A stretch of DNA of 64,000 bases from Epithemia pelagica (lineage: Eukaryota; Protista; Bacillariophyta): positions 1,550,001-1,614,000 of the forward strand of contig OX337234.1 in assembly GCA_946965045.2 (NCBI GenBank), written 5' to 3'. The translations under genes and the position numbers were made by a program. Below the pieces are notes generated by a model. That model had not been told where the DNA came from. It was given only the letters and a program-made list of their open reading frames with translations, and did no database searches. Below, piece by piece: positions 47,600 through 58,939 of the stretch (positions within the stretch are counted from its first letter, which is position 1; every line of letters starts with the position of its first letter).

Positions 47600-50500
47600 A
47601 AGGGTAGCATATGGATGGCTAACAGGTGGAAGTATGACAAGGGTTTCTCCTCGCATCATTAGTGTTAGGGTACCAAATATGGATGGCTAACAGGTGGAAG
47701 TATGACAAGGGTTTCTTCTCACATCATTAGGGTTAGGGTACAAAATTGTGATGGGCAGTTTATTCCCCACCCCCCAGACTCATTCATTCTGACGCACGGT
47801 ATTTCTGCAGATAGCAGAACAGAAAACCAAGGAGATGATGTTTTGTTAGTAGTAGCGGGCTAAACTATTTAGCCAATCTTAAATCCTAATCTTTGATGAC
47901 ATTTGAATCTAGCAGACTGGTACTTATTGTTGGTAGTTGCTAGTAGTAGTCGTTAAGCATCTCGATCCAAATGATCAATTCTAACGCTCATTTTTTCTGC
48001 TTATCGGTCATCGGAAAGAACCGACCCGAACAAACTGATGTATTCTGATGCACAAGATTAGGGTTCAAAGATTATCTAGTACTGTATGAAAAAGAATCCG
48101 ACCCGAACAAACTGATGTATTCTGACACACAAGATTCCACATCTCGAGAGGAAACAGAACCAACCTGAATCAAAAGTAAGACAGTATTGATATTGATGAA
48201 CCATACATAAATAAAGAAGAATAAGAGAGATGAATTCAGATGGCATTTCTGGATATTCAGAAACCGGCTGATTCTTTGTCATCACTAGGCAGCTTGGAGA
48301 AAGGTGAGGTGACACCAGGTTGTCAGGATGATTCTTCGTTCATGGTACTTGACGAACTTGCCTACCAATGGATGGACTCATAATTTTGGCTTTCCATTGA
48401 TTGTTATTACGCTGGTACGTATTCACTGCGTAAATTTGTTTTTGAAATTTCAGTGAAGATTCCGAACCTAACATTTCTTCATATGCTTCAATCATGTTAC
48501 AATGGACATGTGAACTGCTGATACCTGGTGATCATGTACGGTGTGGTTGTCACTGGAATTTGTCTTATCCCGATGATTTCTAGATCCTCTCCAAAATGAA
48601 TCCTTTCTATTCCAAATGCATATTTATATGCGCTATCCTATCCTTTCCAATTCATCATATCCAATCCAATTCCATTTACAAAAATATATTCATTCCAAAA
48701 CCTATCCTATCCATTACCAATATCCTATGCAATCATTGTCGTCATCAGCCTTGATCTTAATATAACATAATGCTACTTCCTAGTCCTTAATGCTGTGAAC
48801 AACACCGCAAGCGAAAATATCCTAACTTAGATCCAACTCAAGGTGTCAACCCAAATTCCTTTCAAGAAAAGTTTGTGCCGTCCTCCATTTCCTTCGAAAA
48901 AATTCAGGTGCAAGGAAGCTACGGATGTGGGACAGATCGATTGTGCAATCTTCCATATCATTATTCAGATCACGCTACTCCATTTCTTACAATACATTCA
49001 CTGGACATGGTAGAAGTCAACAACAATGTTGATGATGAAGAACTCAACATGGAAATGCCGCCCATTCCAACGGCGTCAGACATCATCCACGTCCTCTTGG
49101 AACGGAATTGCTTGTTACCAGACAGATCTATTCAAGTCATGGCTTCATCAAGAAGATTGCCAGAAGCCAATGGATCTGCTTTAAGCATGCGTAAATGGGC
49201 TGAAAATACAGGATTAGACAGTGAACAAAGAAGGGCATTTGAGGTGTTTGCCAGTTCGTTTGTTCTTTCCTTTTGCAATGACGCAAATGGATCAACCACG
49301 CCGGGAGTCCATCTGGCAAGAACTCGAAACAGAAGTTTCCTTAAGGAAAAACTGAAGCTTTTGAAATTGTGGTAAACTCCCTGTTAGGGCAACACAGCAG
49401 AGAATGTGTGATTTGAAGCACAAAAACTTGTTATGTTTTCTTCATGGGCCTGGTGGGAGCGGTAAATCGGCAGTACTGGAATTGCTGCAACTGTATGCAA
49501 GAGAATATTGTGATCACCTGAATTACGACTACAACAGTGAAACGATAGTGGTTACGGCAATGAGTGGTGTTGCCGCTACTCTCATTGGCGGACGTACTAC
49601 ACATTCTGCTGCTCATCTTAACAAGAAAGCGTCAAAGATTCCATATGAAGACAAGTTCCGTTGGAAGCACACACATCTCTTGATCGTGGATGAGATCTCT
49701 TTTGCCTCGAAATCTGAAATACAAATACTCGATGCTCATGTCAAATTACTCAAGGATGCACCTTTCAAAGACTATGGCGGGATTGACGTCATATTCTTTG
49801 GAGACATGAGGCAACTTTAACCCGGCCAAGGACAAGTCAAACTTTACAAATGTGAATTTCCTGAATTCCATGCAATGGTCAATTGCTACCTGGAATTAAA
49901 TGGTATGCATCAATTTTCAAACGATGTCACGTGGGGAGAATTATTGCGCAGGCTTCGAAATGGTACATTGACCGAAGATGACATTGACACAATAAACACA
50001 CGAGTAGTCGATGAAAACGGCTTGTCACTACCACATGACATACGATATGCATCATACAGGAATATAGACAGGTTGTCTATTAATACTGGACTCTTCCTCA
50101 AGCACCTGCAATCGGCACCAGATGAGTCCTATATCAAGAACAATTGTGTTCTCATTCTTTCCAGTTCTTTGAAAATCATACATGGTGATTGCCAATACCG
50201 ATCACCATCAAATGGTTGGGAGACCTATTTTTGGGAAAACTGTGGAGAGGGACAGTGTAAACCATCAGGATTTTCAGGTCGATTTGATCCAGCAATGTTA
50301 GTATTCTACAACCGTCCAGTATTGGTGAATACCAACGAAAATGTTGAAAAGATGATTGCAAATGGTACTCGGGCATTTATTGAATCCATTCATTTGAAGC
50401 CCGATGAAACATACACGATGTGCACTATTGATGACTTTCAAGTTCCTACTGTGAGAGCTGGCCAAATTCTAAACGTGAAACTTCGCTTTGAATCACCCAA

Positions 50501-50834
50501 TGCATTCAGCAGTACATTTGAAATTGCACCAAAAGAGCACAGTTTCATTGCAGAAGTACCCTATCCCGGGTCTCTCCAATCTGGTAGTGACAACAATACC
50601 ACACAGTCTCTTCATATGAAGGGACTACAACTTCCTTTCATTTGCAATAATGCAACAACGGGACACAAGCTTCAAGGAGCTTCTGTACAAACTTTATTTG
50701 TACACACATGTTCAATGGTGGGGAATTGGTCGTATGTTGTTCTCTCCAAGGTGAAAACTATCTCGGGATTATTTCTAGGAAAACCATTGGAGAAACGATT
50801 CCTCAAAGTTCTCAATGCTATTCCCGACGTCTAA
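47600..50834 (+). mobile_element. Second, internally deleted and degraded Helitron2-like copy
   Basis: The upstream region matches 32600-34830. Rep start remnant at 48770; helicase fragments 48875..49375, 49404..49820 and 49875..50834, with a frameshift and a nonsense codon. Confidence 0.85.
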
Positions 50835-50875
50835 GGAGGTTTTTTGAAGATAAGTGACTGGAATTCCACCAACAG

Positions 50876-51056
50876 GCGCGTGACACACGCCCAATAGGCG
50901 CGTGTAGCACCCCCAGAACACGGATCACGCGCATTTGGCGCGTACAAAGCGCGTGGCGCTCCAGATTGCGCGTGAATGCGCGTGAAACGTGTAGACAACG
51001 CGTGAAACGTGTTGACACCCGCGTGAGCATGTTTATTGTATGTGGAAACGCGTGCA
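50876..51056 (+). repeat. CGCGTG motif cluster (8 copies in 180 bp)
   Basis: Direct reading of the sequence; locally CpG-dense. Confidence 0.8.
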
Positions 51057-51354
51057 CAGAGCCTAACCTTTGCCTAGATACCTAACTACTAGCTACACAT
51101 ATAACACCTAGTATTCCAGTCGCACGTAAACTCCAAAAGCGACCCACAAATTTCTCCTCCACCACCCAATCACGTCACAGTGACATACGAAGAACAATGG
51201 ACACAAAATCACAGAAGAATGCTGAAAATTAGATTTTCCTCACACAACAACCACACAAAAGATATACTCTCCCACTTTTGTGATCACTTTTTTACGATAG
51301 AGTCATAGAGTGCCTCATCCAACTCACACCAACCCCCAACGCCCCAAAAAACAC

Positions 51355-51425
51355 ACAGCAGCAGCAACAACAACAACAACAACAACACAACAGCAACAAC
51401 AACAACAACAACAGCTACAACAAAC
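51355..51425 (+). repeat. (CAG/CAA)n microsatellite
   Basis: cagcagcagcaacaacaacaac... Confidence 0.9.
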
Positions 51426-51599
51426 AGGCGAACACAAAGAGAATCATTTCCTTTTTCAAATTGGAAAGGTGCTAGGTAAGCCAAGTCGACAAGACAACAG
51501 TGAGAGTTCGTTTTGTCGTTTTCCTATATGCCCACTAATCATTTTCTTCTGTTTCCATGAAAACCCAACCATGTGATCGCTGTTTGGCAACTATTTCTT

Positions 51600-53150
51600 C
51601 CCTCCTATCATCCCACAAGACAATTTTCAACGCTCTGAACGACTGGATTGGTGGTTCTGTTTGAAAAAGGGCAAAGACACCAAGTTGGTGCACCCATTTC
51701 ATTCTCCCATCAATTTCCATCGACCAAAACTGGTTGGATTGCTGGATTGCCGCTGCTTCTTCCCTCCTATTATCCCATAAGACCATTTTCAACCATCTGA
51801 ACGGTCGGATTGGTGAGGATTCTATTGAACAAAGGGCATAAGACACCAAGTTGGTGCACCCACTTCCTTCACCCCTCCATTTCCATCGACCAAGACCCTG
51901 TTGGATTGCTGTGTTGCTACTCCTTCTCAATTGGAACAAGGGCCGAGACACCAAGTTGGTGCACCCATTTCCTTCACCCCTCCATTTCCGTCGACCAAGA
52001 CCCTGTTGGATTGCTGTGTTGCTACTCCTTCTCGATTGGAACAAGGGCCGAGACACCAAGTTGGTGCACCCATTTCCTTCACCCCTCCATTTCCATCGAC
52101 CAAGACCCCGTTGGATTGCTGTGTTGCTACTCCTTCTCGATTGGAACAAGGGCCGAGACACCAAGTTGGTGCACCCATTTCCTTCACCCCTCCATTTCCA
52201 TCGACCAAGACCCTGTTGGATTGCTGTGTTGCTACTCCTTCCCGATTGGAACAAGGGCTGAGACACCAAGTTGGTGCACCCATTTCCTTCACCCCTCCAT
52301 CTCCATCGACCGAGACCGTGTTGGATTGCCGTGTTGCTACTCCTTCCCGATTTGAACAAGGGCCGAGCCACCAAGTTGGTGCACCCATTTCCTTCACCCC
52401 TCCATCTCCATCGACCAAGACCCTGTTGGATTGCTGTATTGCCACTCCTTCTCGATTGGAACAAGGATCAAGACACCAAGTTGGTGCACCCAATTTTCAC
52501 TCCTCCATCTCCACCGACCAAGACCTTGTTGGATTGCTGTGTTGCTACTCCTTCCCGATTGGAACAAGGGCCGAGACACCAAGTTGGTGCACCCATTTCC
52601 TTCACCCCTCCATCTCCATCGACCGAGACCGTGTTGGATTGCCGTGTTGCTACTCCTTCCCGATTTGAACAAGGGCCGAGCCACCAAGTTGGTGCACCCA
52701 TTTCCTTCACCCCTCCATCTCCATCGACCAAGACCCTGTTGGATTGCTGTATTGCCACTCCTTCTCGATTGGAACAAGGATCAAGACACCAAGTTGGTGC
52801 ACCCAATTTTCACTCCTCCATCTCCACCGACCAAGACCTTGTTGGATTGCTGTGTTGCTACTCCTTCCCGATTGGAACAAGGGCCGAGACACCAAGTTGG
52901 TGCACCCCTCTCCTTCCCTCCTTCATCTACATCAACCAAGAAGACCCCATTGGATTGCTGTATCTTGATTGGTGGTTCTGTTGAAGGGCCGAGCCACCAA
53001 GTTGGTGCACCCATTTCCTTCACCCCTCCATCTCCATCGACCAAGACCCTATTGGATTGTTGTATTTGCTACTGATTCTTGACTGGAAGGACCGAGACAT
53101 CAAGTTGGTACACCCATTTCCTTCAATCCTCCATCCCTATTGACCAAGAC
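51600..53150 (+). repeat. 105-bp minisatellite, 14 core motifs, with a duplicated 313-bp trimer
   Basis: CACCAAGTTGGTGCACC-type cores at 51678, 51844, 51949, 52054, 52159, 52264, 52369, 52474, 52577, 52682, 52787, 52890, 52995 and 53098. Confidence 0.95.
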
Positions 53151-53269
53151 CCTCCAGGGTTTCCATCACGCAAGCTTGAGAAACGGTAGTATCAAGTTGC
53201 ATCGGAACCCTGCATCGAAAGAAAATTTCTCCTTGTTTCTTCCCCAAGCTGATTGAATCGCACGTTAAT

Positions 53270-56200
53270 ATGGCTGATTCGGTAGAAGATTCCGATCAAT
53301 ATTTCCCAGACTTGATATGTTATGAATACACAATCGAGTGGTATCGTTCTGTTTATTCCAACACTGATAATTGGACAGATTTCTCCACTACATATGGAGG
53401 TGAAACCATATTCGTATCCCTCTTGCGCTGTGGATCAAGTATTTTCAGTGATATCGCCTCGCATGCTGCTGTTTGTTTCCCGAAGATACTGAGACTTGTA
53501 GAGACGATCGAAGAACAACAAGAGGGAAACAAGAGTGACGGAGCTGGTAGTTTTATTTCACCAGGAATCGACCTATTCGAACAAACTCTATATGGAGACG
53601 CACTTCGTCTGTGGGACAAGGAATTCCCGTGCACGACAAGATCAAAGTCGAGCGCAAGCTTTACTCGATCCCTCAAGGTGTTTCTTGGAGCCCATCCTAT
53701 GCTCGCTGATATTGTCCTCAACTCGTATTCGGTGGAGAGACGGCTTAATGTCGTGGCTGCAAAAATATTGGACTACATGACCTCTGATAGATCAAAGTTT
53801 CCGAAAGACAGAACAATACCAGTCCGAGAAATGGTTTGGAGCGTTCAACATATGGCAGCTGTCTATCGGGTATTGGAATCTGACTCCTATGAAATGGAAG
53901 GAGTCGATGTTGAAAAAGCATTAGCCCTTACACTTCCTGATTGCTGGTTTCGTCCTTATTTTGACATACCAAGAGCTGCTAAGTATCCCGCAAACGACTA
54001 TTCCAATTTGGCGGTTCTAATTTCATATTACCAGACGACGGAACGGGAATACGCTACAAAGACGAAGGAGTATCAGAAGGGGCGACATGAACAACGATCT
54101 CAAGACAGGAAACGCCGTAAACAAGCGTCAGACAGTAAATGTGATCTTGCAACAATTTCTACCATTTTCACTGTTTCAAATAACGAGAGCAAATCACCAT
54201 CTCAGTCTCTGTCAGCGACCGAGGAGGATCGGAGTTCCATTTTCGATACTCTTGCATTGAAAAAGAAACCACAAAAAGGAAAACAAGACGACAAAAAATC
54301 TTCCTCTCAATCGAAGGTGGGTCTGTTGGAAAGTAAATCACATGTTGACCATGGTAGCGACAAACCTAAAGGAATACCAAAGAAACCACCTCCTCTCAAG
54401 AATAAACCTGGTCCATCAGACGACCTTGCTTCTTTCACTAACGACCGTTTGATTCATATGGCTAACTGGTCCCTCAAACAGTCGATGTCAGCGATCAATG
54501 AAGCTTGGGATCTCTGTAAAGAAAGTGCCGTTAGACGTAAGGGAAGCATCCATGAAGTTGTTTTGCGATTTGTCTGTACCTGTGCTTGCTGTTCCAACAA
54601 GAATGGTTCTCTACAACATGACAATGGGAAAATGGACGTCCTTTTTGTCCCACATCGCCAGTACAGACGAAACCTTTTGCTACGGACGAATACTCAAGAG
54701 ACGACTAAGTTTAAGGGGATCCCTCCCCTCATATTCAGGTTGATGCTTGTGCTGGTGGTTCATAAATGGCACAACAAGTCCGTTTCCTTTGAGCAAATCG
54801 ACGAAGATAGTCTGAGAATGGACACAACGACTGCAATGGATTTGAGTTCGTCGTCTTCCGATACTACATTGGTCGTCGTCACTACCAAGTATGAAGCTTT
54901 TGATCCCGTCTTAATCCTCGTACAAGCACATCAAAGAGAAGTGTTGATATTCGATCCATTATCGACAAGGGATATTCGCTCGTGGAGGCCTACAGTGATT
55001 CGATGTCTACGGAAACTAAGGCTATTGGACGACGATAAGAAAATCCAATCATTCTTGAGCGTTGATATAAAGGAAGAGCTCGTTGGATGTGACTGGAGAT
55101 TCATTTATAAGAAGTATCCGAATCCGGTGGCACCAAGTGCGTGTCCGCTTCCCCAAGTATCAATAATATGTGTGATCGACGAGATCCTGTCAAAGGCGTC
55201 CCCTAATATGTCCTGTGATCAGATGATGGGGAAATGGGCTCAAGAATTGCCATCGTGTAGGCGAGAATGTCACAAGGCCTGCAATCATATCGTGAGTACG
55301 GCTATCAATAGAGCGAAACGTGATTCGACTCTGCGTGTATGTTTCAAGGACGTCAATGACGATACACGTCCAAGGATCAAACGCAGTCGCCGGTTTATAA
55401 TGGAAGGGAAAGATCGAGGGGAGGTAATGGAAGATGTGCTGGATTCCGACGATGAACGATTCGAGGACATTAAAGTGATACAAGAGATTACAGGAGCGGA
55501 CAAGGCGCTCGAACGACTTCGCGAAGATCGGCGATTTTTGGATCTGGTACGAACATTGAACAATGAAGATCAGAAAGAGGCACTCTGTTCCACTTGTGGG
55601 ACCTCATTGCTTAAAAAGGATCTGGATAGAAGTCGGACCTGTTCTATCGTGAGTTGGACAAGGCAAGAAACCTCCAACTGTCCTCATTATCATTGTCCAA
55701 CATGTACTTTCATCCGGAATTCGGTGAAGAATCGATTTTGTTCCATATGTGGTCATAGTCATGCTGAGCTAATACCACACGATCTACAAGAGACAGAATT
55801 AATCGCGAAGAAAGACAAGACAATCGTCCTAGACAAATATGATGAAGACTCCGAACAATATTGTGCCATATGCCATGGACAGCGTCCTAACGACTGTCGG
55901 ATCGAGAGATGCGGGCACAAGTTTTGTCGGGTGTGTCTTGGTCATGTCCTTACCACCGAAAAACAAGTTCCTATGGGGAAACAGAAATCGACACCTCCTG
56001 AAATGAACGAGAGTTGCCCCTTGTGCAACGGAGATATTGCTTCGATTACGTACACCAATGCACATGATGGTTCAGTTGAAGAAGTTGGTGTGTCAAAAGA
56101 GGAACATCGTGGTCTCTACAGACCGGTCCCTGTATTTCCAGAGACAGCATGGGGTCGTGTACCGTTGGAAACTCTGCGTTTCATGAGTAAAGAACAACAA

Positions 56201-56278
56201 AGGGAGAAGAATAGGAGAGACCAAACTGATTCTTCTACTGTCACGATCAGTAACACAGAAGCGAAAAGGCAAGTCTGA
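53270..56278 (+). CDS. 1002-aa ORF with two C3HC4 RING-like fingers and a degenerate Ulp1-like segment; possibly exon 1 of a fusion gene
   Basis: CSTC...CPHYHCPTC...CSIC (55586-55750) and CAIC...CGHKFCRVC...CPLC (55862-56025). Confidence 0.7.
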   Translation: MADSVEDSDQYFPDLICYEYTIEWYRSVYSNTDNWTDFSTTYGGETIFVSLLRCGSSIFSDIASHAAVCFPKILRLVETIEEQQEGNKSDGAGSFISPGIDLFEQTLYGDALRLWDKEFPCTTRSKSSASFTRSLKVFLGAHPMLADIVLNSYSVERRLNVVAAKILDYMTSDRSKFPKDRTIPVREMVWSVQHMAAVYRVLESDSYEMEGVDVEKALALTLPDCWFRPYFDIPRAAKYPANDYSNLAVLISYYQTTEREYATKTKEYQKGRHEQRSQDRKRRKQASDSKCDLATISTIFTVSNNESKSPSQSLSATEEDRSSIFDTLALKKKPQKGKQDDKKSSSQSKVGLLESKSHVDHGSDKPKGIPKKPPPLKNKPGPSDDLASFTNDRLIHMANWSLKQSMSAINEAWDLCKESAVRRKGSIHEVVLRFVCTCACCSNKNGSLQHDNGKMDVLFVPHRQYRRNLLLRTNTQETTKFKGIPPLIFRLMLVLVVHKWHNKSVSFEQIDEDSLRMDTTTAMDLSSSSSDTTLVVVTTKYEAFDPVLILVQAHQREVLIFDPLSTRDIRSWRPTVIRCLRKLRLLDDDKKIQSFLSVDIKEELVGCDWRFIYKKYPNPVAPSACPLPQVSIICVIDEILSKASPNMSCDQMMGKWAQELPSCRRECHKACNHIVSTAINRAKRDSTLRVCFKDVNDDTRPRIKRSRRFIMEGKDRGEVMEDVLDSDDERFEDIKVIQEITGADKALERLREDRRFLDLVRTLNNEDQKEALCSTCGTSLLKKDLDRSRTCSIVSWTRQETSNCPHYHCPTCTFIRNSVKNRFCSICGHSHAELIPHDLQETELIAKKDKTIVLDKYDEDSEQYCAICHGQRPNDCRIERCGHKFCRVCLGHVLTTEKQVPMGKQKSTPPEMNESCPLCNGDIASITYTNAHDGSVEEVGVSKEEHRGLYRPVPVFPETAWGRVPLETLRFMSKEQQREKNRRDQTDSSTVTISNTEAKRQV

Positions 56279-56375
56279 TCTATATTATTAGTACTCTCCA
56301 TCAAGAGAAGAGACGTTCTAGTTTCAGGTATTTGGCATTTCTATCCGCGTACTAACTATGTCTTTGTACTACAAG

Positions 56376-58401
56376 AAGTTCGGAAACGACAAGCACACAT
56401 CCTAGAGCGGAGGTGACATCCATAAAGAAGAAACATATTCGTCCCACTTTCGAAGATATGGCATCGGATCAGACGATTTCGAGACTCACATGTACACAGG
56501 AGACCTATGCCAAGTACGAAAAGAAGAAAACGCAACGTATAAGTGAAACAGTGGTCGCCATGTCGCATCGGAACGAAAGTGCACATGAAAGAATGTGCTA
56601 CTTTGTTTTGGACAAGGACATCGATCGAATAAGGATGTTATCGCATCTACTGCAGCGTTGCTTTGGAAGTTACGACGATCAAGATTGTTTTGGTTTGTCG
56701 TTCGAAAAGGATATGATACAACGGAAGGTCGATATGAAAGATATCCCGAGTGTCTTTGCACGTATCCCAGAAATATCCAACAAGGCTATGGATGATGTTG
56801 TGGAGACAAGAGATGACGTTGTCAGTCATTCGAACATTATACCAGAATGTTGTCCTATGATTGTTGCTCAAATCCCGGTGGGTCTTGTAACTAAAACGAT
56901 CCACAATGCATTCATATTGGAATGTACCTTGTCCAGGACAAGATATAGAGAAATCAGGAAGAAGACAACACATGTGTCGTCCTCTATATTCGAAGATCCT
57001 GTCATGATGATTCGGACTAACAAAAATTTATGCCTTGACGAAAATGATCACCTCTTCAGAGATATCATTATCCTCTTCCCTTTGGCTGGGGTTTTTTATA
57101 CATGTGTGCGTCAATTTCAAGAACTATCAAGGTCGTCCGACATCACATCGTCATCAGTCCCACTACCGTTGTCTTGGTTACGTCTGCGACACAAAGATGG
57201 CCAACCTGCAAGTAATGCATTCTTGAAAAAGATTCATCGTTGTTGGAGTCTAGATTGGGGTGAACATCTTACTAATAATGGCAAAACTGTGAAGGAATGT
57301 TACCAATGGTCCGATGTGGAGGATGGGAGCCCACTTTTACCGCCTGACGTGTACCTCGATGACAAGGGAAAGATCGAAAAGCCAGGGAATAAACAGTCAA
57401 TGACACATCACATGTCACGGGAACAATATCGAACAAGGCTGATTATAAACAGGAATGACTCAGATAAGAAAGGGAGTCGGAGATATGTTAGTGGTGCTTT
57501 GCATCGAAACCTATGGTTGCAAATGTCGTCCGGTACACACCCAAGGCCACTGGTATACGACCATCGTATTCGGGGAAACATTACTTTCATTGTTCGGACA
57601 CGCCGAAATGATGGGAGACCAGAGTCACTTAGTTACATTCGAGTGACATCCCTGGTACGGAAGGACCAGACGTTGTTGGACCTATTACACCACAGAGCAA
57701 GGGAATTTACACGTACTGGGTCTCTGAGAAAGGCGGCCAATGCCAGATGTAATAAGGGAGACTTGGGATCTATGACTACTGTTGGTAATACTGCGGCAAG
57801 AGGAAACGGTTCTACTTTCGTTTCCGAGAAATTATTTACAAAGGACAAGACATTATCGATGATACTGCCGAAAATAAGTACAGCGGCAAAAAGGTTCTGT
57901 GAACGCGAATATCCTGGGGTGATTCCAACATTCCGGTATCTAGAAGATTCAGCTGGCGAAGAAATGCCTAGTGAATTCGGAGGAAGAGTCGGAGGTATGA
58001 CCTCAGCCATTACCCTGAGTTTGAACCTCATGAACACGACACATTATGATGTTCACGATGGTTCTGTTTCATTCGCAATCTGGACAGAGACAATCCCAGG
58101 TGACTCCCAAAATTGGTTCTTTGTTTTGCCGAATATTCTTGTGGAGTATGATGGTACTACATACCATGGTCTTTGTATACAACTATTTCATGGGGTTTCG
58201 GTTCTATGGGATGGACGTGTGATCCGGCATGGAACGTCAATACACACACAAAGACAACATAAAGATGGGAACATGAAGAACGACACTATTAGTTGGTTTT
58301 GGGCAGTAAGTTCTATGTCTATGAATGCAACTGTCAACGAAACAAGAGAGGACCATGGTATAACCAAGACGGTTCAAGGCATTCGTAGCGGAACATTATA
58401 A
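56376..58401 (+). CDS. TET/JBP-like 2OG-Fe(II) dioxygenase ORF; possibly exon 2 of the RING gene (first own ATG at 56458)
   Basis: LSLNLMNTTHYDVHD (HxD, 58042-58050), FFVLPN, LWDGRVIRHGTS (distal His 58228-58230). Confidence 0.65.
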
Positions 58402-58939
58402 ATTCTTTCTGGATGCATTCATCACCAAGGAAAAACAAATTCAGGGAGCATTCCACGTCTTTTGCTTCTTACGAGCACTCTGGTGTGATACACCAGCAGC
58501 ATGTTTCTTTGGATTTTCCTGTGCTATATGATAACATGCAGTAAAAATAGGCATATAGTTGCGAAAGGAGCAACCAGGTGGTGAAGAAATCAGCCACAAT
58601 GCCCATTGTTTCTCGGTGTGCTATCACTGCTACGAAGACAAAACGAAACTTCAACATCAAATCGTGTATTCGAGATGAGATTCTATATTGCAACAGTATT
58701 CAACCAAGACGAGTCTTCCATCTTTTATACGATATCGAACGGTCTTCTCGAAGAGTAATGGTAAGAGGATTTCTGTTTGCGGTTGCAAGAGGATGTACTT
58801 CGGAGAAAACAACTGATCCTGACTATATCTCAGTTCTTATCGTTTTTATGGGGAAAAATTCAAATAACGCTAAGAATTTCTGAGTCTTGTTTGCTTTGTC
58901 ATACGATTCAATGGAGGATAAAATGAGCCTACGAAATTT

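Noticed and set aside
51535-53075. Many overlapping 'proteins' in the ORF track
   Set aside because: Artefact of a 105-bp (35-codon) repeat being open in several frames on both strands.
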